The notes under the pieces are model-generated. The model was given only the letters and a program-made list of their open reading frames with translations. It searched no databases and was not told the DNA's origin. Below are positions 19,301 to 31,300 of a stretch of 64,000 bases of DNA, in pieces. Each line of letters starts with the position of its first letter. Positions within the stretch are counted from its first letter, which is position 1. The translations under genes and the position numbers were made by a program. This stretch comes from Lingula anatina (taxonomy: Eukaryota; Animalia; Brachiopoda): positions 24,930,401 to 24,994,400 of the forward strand of contig CM120641.1 in assembly GCA_051362555.1 (NCBI GenBank). The letters run 5' to 3'.

Positions 19301-22300
19301 AGGCGACTTCTCTGGGACTTGGACTCTTGTCACACACTGCAACCTGCTGACCTGGGCTATGGCAAACCATTCCACTGGCACCATGTACTGTTACCACGGA
19401 AATGGAATCAGCTAATGTCATCCAGCAATTCTGATACATCTTATAATTCTCATGGCTCAACTGATCCAAAACTAGGCTGAATGTACAAATCATTAGGAAA
19501 CAAGAAACTGTCTAAGTGGCATACACTGCACCATAATTGTTAGGAAAGAGAGAATAACCATACACAATTGACTGAATAAAAGACTTAGAAGAGAAATGGC
19601 TACTTTCAACTAGAACCTTAAACTTGTTTAAAAAAGGGACTGAATCCAGTAGGAAAGCAACATATGGATAACCAACCTCTTGGTCTTCGAATCTTTTTTG
19701 TCATCCTCTTTCTTGTCCTCTCTTTTCTTATCCTCTCCTTTACTTTCTTCCTTCTTGGCCTCTTCAATTTTTTCCTCAGCTGACTTTGCATTCCCATTAT
19801 CTACTTCCATACTTTGGTCCCCAGTCTCCTTTTTAGGTTCTACTTCCTGTGCAGAGGAATCCTGGGAAGTATTCACTGCACTGGTGTCCATAACCTCCCC
19901 AATAGTTTCCTCTTCCAACTTGGGTTTCTTGGCTGGAGTGGCTTCAATATCATAATCCAAGTTATTTTCGGTGTCATCCACATTCACTATCAAAGAAATA
20001 TCATCTTCACCTTTGCTTTCTTTGGAGCTCATTTTGATTGTGTCCTCTACTGTGAGGGCGCCCCATACTGGCACACTGGTGGGTGTTGGAGGAGCAGCAG
20101 CCTGACCCTGGTCAGCATAGGGAAGTTCCTCTGGCTTCAGCATGGACACAGGCTGCTGGGTGTCTGCTGCTGATGGCTGAGTTTCTGTGGGGGATTCCGA
20201 CACTGGTGCCACACCATTGGCCTCAGTCTTAGGGGCTTCAGTCCCCTGCAGCTCCTCGACTTTAGGCGCTGAGGAGTCCATTGTGCTAGAATCAGTTGCT
20301 GGCTGATTTGCTACATAAAATTCAAGGCACAAACTGGTAAATAGTAATGCAAAAGAGAGCATCACAATTCAATATCCAAAGCTTCCTCTAGGCTTGAGAA
20401 GAATGAAAAACAGCAAACCCATGACAGGGTAAAAAAAAAAAATTACTGAAGGGGATTTTTCACTTACCTTTTTTGTGACTATGAACAGTATTACAAGTTT
20501 ATTTTCATAAAGTAATTCTCCATGTGAAAGAGCAATGAAAAACAAATGAAGCTTGTTTCAAACCCAGTTTTATACTGGAAGTTCCTTGAACTTTGTGAAG
20601 GGTGAAAATACTCATGTTCACAGTCCAGGAATAAAGGTACAAGGCCAGCAGTAGATTAAATCGTCTTCACAATCATAAGTCCAGGTATGCTTCTTTTCTA
20701 GTCCACGTTGTGTAAAAACTTCAGTACAGAAATCAAGCATTTTTTATTCTGGATCTTCCATTTATTTTCAGTACATTGCACTTTTTCGGGGAAATTTCAT
20801 TCACTGAAATCATACCTGAGGCTATTTCATTTCAGTAGATAAGTGTATCTTCTTAAATACCAGGATCACTTCAGGCTCAGGTGGTGCTGGAACAACCTCT
20901 CATCATGGCACAGCTGTAGATCAGTTTGTGTGGCCAAGGCAAACATTTTAGGCATGCTGCACTTTGTCACAGTCAGCAATACATCATTATTTTGGTTACT
21001 TTCTCAGGTGTCAGGTACTGGAATACTTGAATATATCCATTGAATATCCACATCATTCATATAAATTTCGGAGAGTCCCACACGAAAAAAAAAAAAAAAA
21101 AAAACTTGGTGTCCATGATTATTGTTCAGAATAGTCCTCTAACTGTTCCTCCTAGACTTTGGTGTGGGGGGATACACAACCTCCTCCATGTCCAACTCTT
21201 CAAAGGTCAGCCTGTTCCACCTGAACTAACCACACTCACAAAGGCTGGCCATTGGTCAAAATCCACAATGAACTTGAAGTTACACCTTGGCTGCAGTTTG
21301 TGATGTCCACCTCAAACCACTGATATTTCACGTTCATCCTTGCCACATACTCTGCCAGACAATTTGCCCAAATGAGCATTTTTTTACAAAATGGAAGACT
21401 TTATGTGGCAACATTTCATATGTCAACTTAATTAGTAAAGATGCAAGAAGCAAAAAAAAAATTGCAGAATGTATAATTCAAAAACTGCAAATTGTCTGGC
21501 AAAATTGTTGACTGGATTTTGAAACAAGCTTCTTTTTATTGAAAACCAATAGGGCTTTTAAAGAAGAAAATATCTGACTGACTATGAAGATCACCGACTG
21601 ATAATCATTTAAAATTTCATTTCATAACTGTTTGCAATGTACAGTAAGCCAATTTTATTTCCCAGGCACTTCACACTTCACCACTCCTTACTGTACCTGA
21701 GATGGACACAGCAACAGATTCACCTTGGTCTTCTTTTTGGGGCACCTGCAATGACACATCACAATAAAGCATGTACGCTGTTTTTCCCCACAAAACACTC
21801 ATAAATCGACAATTAAGTCCTACAACAACCTTGCAATCATCAGTCACTGTCTGACCTTACTGCAGATGCAAAATTGATGCATTGCAGCAATGAAAACCAC
21901 AATACATCACGCTACTATAGTAAGTCCTACATGTAACTCTGTAAACAGAAAGCCTAAATGATTGCTGTAATCAAGATCTCTGTTTCAAACCAACTGATAC
22001 CTCCAATCTATAACAGAAGCTGCACTGCTAGAAACAAGACATGAATTCCCAGACACCATAAACCAGTTATAGTCTGTGTTGTGATCAGTATTACGCAATG
22101 GAGTCAAATGTCTGTTCTTGGCATCGTGGATCAATACTGTGTGTGCATATTGCTACTACAGCATCAAATCAATGCCATCATAATCAAGGCAGCATAACTT
22201 AATGGGCACATTATCATAAGGATAAGCAGATAATGGAAATTTCAGTGTGGTTGGGGGGGGGGGACTCAAAGCTGAAGAGGATGGCATCTAATTTATTAAA

Positions 22301-25300
22301 GCTTTATTTAACTCATCTTAAATAAAGTTAAGGGACTGGCATATATAAATCGATTTAAATGGCACAATGAAGAGTTCCTCTTTTTCATTTCGGCTACTCT
22401 TCACTAACTTCAGTTATTAAAAAAAATCTACATAAAAGAAATTCATGCAAAAGGTCTGAATCAAATATCCATATTTTAAATTTTCATGACATATAAAAAA
22501 CTATTAAATGAAATGTTAAAACACTTATATAAATTGTACTAATATATCACACAAAACATCCATCACAATTTTATGGATCATTTAGTAAACCTTTGACTGT
22601 AAATTAAAGCATAGAACAAAATGTATTTCTTTGGCTACAGAATATGATATATTTTTTTAAATATGAGCTATTTATCACTGGGAAGAAAAAAAAATCAGCT
22701 ATATGGTTTAAACAAATCCTGCTACTTTGAGTACAATAAAAACGAATTACTTTTTAGAAAGCCTGCCTTCATTTTTGCACGACTACTAAGAAAAGGTGCC
22801 AACTCAGTTTGGTATATACATCTTTACAAAAGATGTTTATCCGGTCAGACTGGACAAGTAGAGGCACGCAAAAGAACAGAGAACCCTCTACTCGATGACT
22901 GAGCTGCACAAATTTTAAGACTGACCTTTATGAAGGTTAAAAAAAAAAAACAAATCTGACAATTGGCAGAAGACTCCATGCCGTCTGAAATAACTCAGAT
23001 TGAAATTGAAAAATATTCAACACTTAAACTCACTTTTAACATTTTAAAAACTTATTTTTCTCACCCCATCTGCCAGTAGTCTGTCCTCCTCTTCAGAGGT
23101 AAGGGTTGGCTGATTGTGTTCTTCTGCAGTCAAGGGAGGCACTTCATCCAGAACATCAGCCTAAATAAGAAAAAATCTCAGCTAATATATGTATCATTAC
23201 AAAAGATGGGTTAGATGGGTTAAAAGACTCTGATTACATTTGGATATCCATGGACATGCTTTTAAACATCCTGTTCATTGTGTGCTATGTATTACTGCTT
23301 CAAAAAAAAGGGAATAACAATAATACATACAGCAAAGAATTTATTTCAAAAAAAAGTTTTCCTTCGTGCGGTAACACCCACCTCTCCTTTAAACCTAACA
23401 CAATTAGTCATCTGAAGATACCAGGAAACCTGACACTGAGACAATGAAATAAGGGGAAATAGAGCAATTTGACCATGATGAGGGACCTCTAACATTTTGA
23501 AAAATTCCTGCTGACAGATACCCTTTTTATGTGGCATGGCATTGTTTTTTTTTTTTTTCAACTACTCAACAAAACAAAGATAACAGCCTAATCCATCCAA
23601 TATGTATATCAAATCCTTAAGCTTTTCCCAATATTTTAGCATAAAGTCTTTTTTTCATTAAAAAAATGCCTTCAAAGCATATTCCACACTGAAAATAGTA
23701 AAATAATTGCTGGCTAGTATGAAATGTATAGACAGCATACAGAATGAAATATAATTCTAAAGAATTCTTAGCAACCAAAGATTCCATAATACATATAGAC
23801 AATGACCTACCTTGTCCATGTCCTCCTGCTGAGCTGGTACCTCAAGATTCTCTTCCTCCAATTCTTCTTCCTCATCCTCACCCTCCTAGGGATAAATAAA
23901 GTTATATAAATTATACACATCTATACATTTGTACATAGGATATATGCCCAAATGTGCTTAAAATTGGGCAAATCTATTTCCACCTGCTTAAACTTTTTCA
24001 GAGTGATGTGTATCATAAGTGTCTATTAGCCATCATCCTAACTGCTTTTGAGTAAGAACAGTCAAAATTTGCTACCAGTCACTCTCCAAGGAAGATAATC
24101 TGATTTTAAAGGTGTTTCTCATATACTGCCAAGATATTTTCTTGGACGACAAAAGGACATTAGCCAAATATATAAAAACCATAAGTATTTCAATAGAACA
24201 ACACAATCACTTGAGTAAAATGAAGCAAAAGCACTTTCGCCAAATTGCTCAGAGGTCCAGTGACATATTTTAAGTTACACTTAATGCAAAGTGCTAGTCA
24301 AATGTTGGGAGGTTTTGTACTTGAAAAGTAGTGGGCCAACAATCCCTAGTGTAATAAGTCAAAATTTGGGCACACTTGAGGGAAATAAAGAAGTATGAAT
24401 CATGATTGATATTTGATGAAAATGGGGAGGCGTTAAAATAATTTGCTATTCTTTCACAGTTAGCCAAAGTTCACTTTGTTAGAAGTTGGTCATATTATGC
24501 TAACACGTCATGGTGATAGGCAACTTAATGATTCAGAATATGCTTTAAACTAAATAAACTACTAGTCTACCTACTCCCACTAACATTTGTGCCAATAATA
24601 TACAGTTCTTTTCACTATTTATGTATGAGACAACTTTAAACACTGATTTATAAATACGGGAAAAATTCTCTCCTCCTCTTATCAGGAAATTTTCTTTGAA
24701 TTTTTTTTCTAGCCCAAATTTGACTTGAACCAGTTTCTTCTGAAGTGTGCAGAGTATCAGTATCCTTCCTTGTTAAAATTTCTTTACAGATGGGATGAAT
24801 GATATCAAATGATGCACAGGAAAGTTTTCAAAATCTTTCACTTCCATAAAGATATATCTTTAAATGTTATATTTTAAGGATGAATATACACAGACATTGG
24901 TTCTAGACCATATCTAGTCTGCAAGACGTGTCAGATGGGGTGGAACGTTGGCATAGCTCTATCTTTCACACAATATTTGGGTATTCTTCAGAAAATCTAC
25001 TGGCTACTTTGCCCAATTGTCAACTTTCCTGTCACCTATCTATGTCCCATTTCTGATCTATCTTAGAATTTGTTACACAACTGCCCCATATTGGAATAAG
25101 GTGATTCTAGTAATTATTTCTTGTGAAAAAAAGAATCCCCCACTTAAAAATGATACAAAATAGCACTAGGAAAAAAGTCTGGCATATTTGAAGTACAGTT
25201 TTTAAAACAATCAAACTTCAAATAAGAAAACACCAAGTAACCAATTCAGGAAGGCAGGACAGGAAACATGTGGTAGAACATCCTACCTATGAGTATTTAC

Positions 25301-28300
25301 CTGAGAGTGACTAACATCAACAATGAGTATTTTCCCTTGATAGAACCTCCATTCCATTATGTGGCGCTGGTCTGCTGAGATCGGACAACCATCAAACCAA
25401 ACGATAACCACCAAATTTCACTATTTGATCTAACAGATTCCAACCACCCAGCCTGCCATATGCAGGTTTTTAGTCATCATTTATACCAACATTCACTGAC
25501 CTATTTCACAGCAATAGCAGCCACCCACACACCCACCCACTACAAACCACCACTTAACAGATTACACAGGAAAGGAATAAAATACATTATTTATATTATA
25601 ATACTCCCTTAATAAAAGAATCTTCTACATTTTCTGACCGCTAGATATTATCATCAAGTTTTCAAGAATGTCATGTCAGTGACACTTCTTCATATTAAAA
25701 AAAAACACAGTCTATGTATTCAAGTAGACATTTGTCAAACATTCTCATTACGTGACTGTCAGGCCAAACCCATACTGCGCACTTTCTTAACTGACAATTA
25801 AAAACTATATTTCCTTGTTTTGCAAACGAAATACTAACAAAAACTGTCCCATGGATTTCCTGCTATAGCACCACTCCAGCTATCATTTCATTGAACCATA
25901 TATTTTGAATCTAAATTTCTACATGAAAAGATCACGAAGCTCGTTTATCCTCATATAATTAGTAGTATATCCCCTCATCAACCAAAAGTACACGAGTTGT
26001 AGAACTATTTACTAGTAATCTTGTTTTCTTTCAACTTCTATTGTTTGTTGGCTCAATATCTACTTCCTTTCCCACCTGCTTATCTTAAAAAAAAATACTC
26101 AAGTTTCTTAACTTAGCTGCAAGGTCACAGACAGTTCTAAGTTTATCCTGAGTTATTTTTAAAACATCTAGTATTGGACAAGTACGTGGTAACTTGAGTA
26201 CAAATCAGATTACAAGCATTGTCTTCTAATAAAAACCCTCTTTGTTTGCAGTGAATGTCGCATCAACAAAATAACGTACAGACGTCACACAGCAGGCAAG
26301 AAATCTTGTAAAGGACCTGTAAACAATATTTTTTCTATCTGTGCTACAGCATACAATAAAAAATACTAAAAATTTTGCCAATCTTTCTTACACTTCAAAT
26401 TCTATACTTACATACGGTATCAGATATCATTACCACTGTTTTCATACCATTTTACTGTTTTACATCTTTCTCAATACAACTAACAAATTTCTATACATCT
26501 CACAAACATCTTACAAAGAAACAACATTCCACAACCACAGTAATTTTGTGAAACCTACCTTTCCTTTTCCCTTAATGCCTCCTGAAAAAGTGAAATTAAA
26601 GTCAGCAGTGTATTCAATGAAACATCAAAGTGGTAAAAATTAAACCATAGAAAAAAATTGTTCTCTAGTACGGTATAAACACATCACCAATATCACTCTT
26701 GAATCAAAAGATTTCTTTAAATTATGACATATTCCATGACATATGAAAACAGTCCCTATGACCACCAATATCAGAAACCAATCCCCATACAATATTGTAT
26801 CTACAGAATAAATGATACATGTCTCATCAAGTAATGAACTAAAAAATTCATGGCAGATGTGTTGCACATTTATTGACTACAAATCATTTTCTCAGTAAGT
26901 ACCCCTGCTTTACACCTTTTGGGTGAAGGTACATCCCTTCTATATATCAAAATGGAGCTTAAAATCCGGATATAATTTGGTTAACACAGCTTTTTGATTG
27001 CTTCTAAACTTTGCAATATTCATAAGACCCTATTATTATATAATCAGATTGCTGCCTGGGACCGGGTATAATATTTAATGGCAATATGCTTACTTGAAGT
27101 TTGCTCTATTTCACATTCGTACAATAATCCACTACTGAGCAAGATGTAAAAAGTCATTTTTTTTGTGTATTATGTCTCAAATCATCAAACTGCTGCCTAT
27201 GTAAAACTATGAATACATCAAGTAATATGGCTTTTTGGTGTCTGCCTAATTACATAACAAGAAAAATTCATTTTTGTCCCCAATGATTTCTGTTAAGTTT
27301 AAACCAAAATGTTAAATGTCAGTCATAGGGCTAACACAAAGACAATGCAACCATAATAATACCCTACTTACTTGTCTTCCCAGTGGGTGTCCCTACTAAC
27401 CCCAACTTTGACTTAGGTCCAGGAGAAGCCTCATCAATAGTAAATGTGCATGTCACAGGATCCAAACCCTCCTCTTCTAATGCCTGAAACAATAATTTCA
27501 TGAAATAAGATATAGGAATGGGAATCAATGATACAAAATCTCACCATGGGTGAAAGTTGAAAAAAATGCAAAAATCCTGAAAACATAGCTTGAAATATCT
27601 TATCTCATTTAGACCATATGAAAAAATTATCAATTTGAAGACTGAAAATCCTGACATAGGGCATAATCCTGGAAAGTTTCACCCATGCACTGCAACATGT
27701 TCTACACAATAGCCATGGGGATTCATGATTGCTTTCTTTCTTTCAACAAGTGATCTTCATCAGCTGCCAGTCAGGGAGTAAACTGTTAGTACACTTTGAA
27801 TAGCAAGGGTGAATTTCATTTAGTATTATTAATAAGGTTTTGCCTGTGAAAATTTAAAAAATTGCAAAAATGCTTGTCAAACGGGCACTGACTCACAAGT
27901 TATTAAAATCTTAATTATTCCCTTTAAATTGTAAAAAAATCCAATTCAAATGAGTAGTTTTTCTTTTCCTCGGGGAAAATTAGATTTGCTATGTAAATCT
28001 AGTACAGGATATCTTTACATACCTGCTAACAAAAATACTACGTCAAATCTCTTTTATAACCCGAGACAAAGTTAGTCTATTTTCAAAATGACACGCAAGG
28101 TAAGTTACAATCACAGGATGTAAATGCAATTTTAAGTTCTTTATTTCTACCTACTAGACGTTAAATTTGGATAGGATCTTGTTTATTTGGAGTGTTTGAT
28201 GCTCTGAAAGTGCTGTTTTTGTGAATAATTTCCAACTAAAACTGCTTTGTATGCCTGTTTAAAGTTACATATAAAGTGAATGTGGCATGGTTTCCCATTA

Positions 28301-31300
28301 ACACTATGGTACGATTTGTTTAATTCATTTAATTCAAGGACGGCACATGCCAACATTGCAGACAACCCAAAAATAAACAAATTGTGCCAATCTTGTTGAT
28401 CTCGGTCCCAGTTTTGTATGGACCAGACTGTGTGTATGTGGAACAACACAATATTCACATGTTCAATAAACACTGAACTTTATTCAACACCTAACCATTA
28501 TACTAATGCATCATGGGAACGGAACACAATGTCAGAGGTCACGGTCTCAACTAACACAATCATCAACATCCCCCCTTCTTTATAAAAGAAAATATGCTCT
28601 ACAAAGGACAAAGTGAGCTAAGAGGAGATATAACAAGTTCACAATACAAATACTGTTTCCCAATAAAAATATGATCTGTCTGGTGCTCAGATCTAGATCC
28701 ATACTGATCAAAGTCAATGTAAGTGTAACCAGTCTTTGACAGTCATGTATGGCAATGCATTTCCTTGCATTTAATACAACTCTAGAATAAACAGTTCTCC
28801 ATTCCACTATAGAAAAGTCTATGAATATAATAAAGTCTTTGCAAACAATCTGCCAGTGTTCCTTTTCAGTTGTTGAACACGTAAACATACATTAAACTTT
28901 AAGTAACATTGTCCTTTAAAGATTCAAATATCAAACATTTGAATGTAAGTGAACAAGAAAATCACAACTGTTCTGATAATGTCAATGAAAACAATGCACA
29001 ATTTGCATACAAGAACAAGGAAATCCAGTGATTCCTGAAACAAATTACAGTCCATGTAAACAGTCCTTAGAAAATGTATCATGTTTACAGCAATTTCACT
29101 TGTAAACTACATAGTGATTCCTGAAACAAATTACAGTCCATGTAAACAGTCCTTAGAAAATGTCTTATCATGTTTACAGCAATTTCACTTGTAAACTACA
29201 TAGTCCTTAAGATAATTGGGCTTTCTGCACTCACGTTTTGGTCTTATGGTTTGTGGAACTTCATTTCCAGTCTTAATAGAATCTGCAGATTCCACAGTTT
29301 TTGTTTCAGTCAGTTCATTAGCATTCGCAGTACTGTGATAATTCTCACGCTGTTTTGTAACATTGTCACTTGGAGTATACATAGGATTCTGACAGTCCTG
29401 TAGTTTTCCACCAGTTGGAAATTCATTGTTAGTCATACGTGCTGGAGATTTGTCACGAATGTAGGGTTCAATTTTCGTTGGACGAATGTGTATTCTATTC
29501 CTTCTATAGGTAGCTCCATCCTGGGCTTTGACCTGGTAACTATGTTCATCACACGTGTCCAATACTTTTCCTAAAATCCATTGTTGATTTTGTTTTTGTT
29601 CAAAGTATACATTTTGACCTATTTTGAGCTTGGGCAGGTCACGCGCACTCTTATCATGGTATTTCTTCACAGATTTGTTTCTTTTGTTGATCTTTTCTAA
29701 CACTTGAGGATCCTTGCTTTTCTTAGCAACTGACGGTAAGAATGTACGTCCTGGCTTTCCAAACACCATTTGGTACGGGCTCAGCCCAGTTTCTTGTCTT
29801 GGTACATTTCTTAGTTCTAATAGAGCTTCAAACTGATCCTCATTGTTTTTAACGCATTTGTACATAAGGTGTTTTACAGTTTTTACTGCCGATTCAGCCT
29901 TTCCGTTTGCTCTTGGGTAGTGTGGGCTTGATTTTATGTGTCTTATACCCCATTTCTTCGTGAATTGGTCAAACACACTTGACGCAAACTGCGGCCCACC
30001 ATCGGATACCAAGGTGATCGGGACACCATATCTCGCAAAATGCTTCTTCAGAATCGCGATAACCACATTGGAAGTAGTAGTGCTCAGATAGTCTACTTCT
30101 ATAAAGTTGCTGTAATAATCAACTGTCACAAGGTAATTTCTACCTTTGATTTCAAACAAATCTAAACCAACTTTCTGCCATGCACTCGTTCCTCGGTCAT
30201 GCTGATTAAGAAGGTTTTTACTGGTTCTTGGCTTCATTTCTTGACATGCCTCACAGTTATCAGCCAACTGTTTAATCTCAGCATTCATACTCGGCCAATA
30301 TACTGTTCCTCTGGCTCTTCTTGTCATTGAGTCATAGCCACAGTGTGATTTGTGCAATCTTTTCTTAATATCTGCACGCATTGATTTAGGAATGACTACA
30401 GCTTCCCCTTTAACAATTATGCCTTCATACAAGCTAAGTGTGTCTCTTATATCATAATATGGCTTACACACATCTGGTGTACTCACTTTTGACTCTGGCC
30501 AACCATTTTCAATAAGGTCACTTAGAACTTGCATGTCCTCATCAGCTAAGGTTGCATCACGAATTTCAATCAATCTTGCATCGGAGATGTCTTCATTCAC
30601 TCTGATGTCCATGATTCTAGGTCGGTGCTCTAGGTCATCCATCAAATGTGCTCTACTTAGACAGTCTGCAATGATGAGTGAGGTTCCCTTTACAAAGTGA
30701 AATTCGAAGTCATATCGATATAGTCTCATCATGATGTCTTGTAGACGCTTGGGAGCACTGCTGAGGGGTTTACGTAGGATAGAGTCCAATGGTTTGTGGT
30801 CGTTTTCAATTATCACCTTCCGTCCATAGGTATATTGATCAAAACGCTCTAAACCATACAAGATAGCGAGTGCTTCCTTCTCAATCTGGGCCCACTTCCT
30901 TTCTGATGCTGTAAGTGATCTCGAGGCATACTCCACTGGCTTGCCTTCTTGTAACAGCACAGCGCCCAATCCATGTTGGCTGCTATCCACTTGGAGTCGA
31001 ACTTCCTTCTCAGGATTGAAATATGCCAGCAATGGTGCTTTAGTTAGGCTTTCTTTCACTGTGTTGAGTGCCATTTCACATTGCTTAGTCCACTGAAATG
31101 GTACGTCTTTTCTAGTAAGCTCCCTGATCGGCTCCATCATGCCTGAGAGGTCTGGTAAGAAGCGCGATAGGTATTGCACCATGCCACACAAACGCTTGAC
31201 ACTGCTCACATCAGTGGGTGATGGCATATCAATTATGGCTTTCACTTTGGCTGCGTCAACCTTTACTCCATCTTTAGAGATTTTATGTCCATGGAAAGTG

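Noticed and set aside
20816-21351. Possible extra SAFB exon in a GC-richer part of intron 6
   Set aside because: Weak acceptor, early stops, and the flanking exons already join in frame; not supportable without RNA data.
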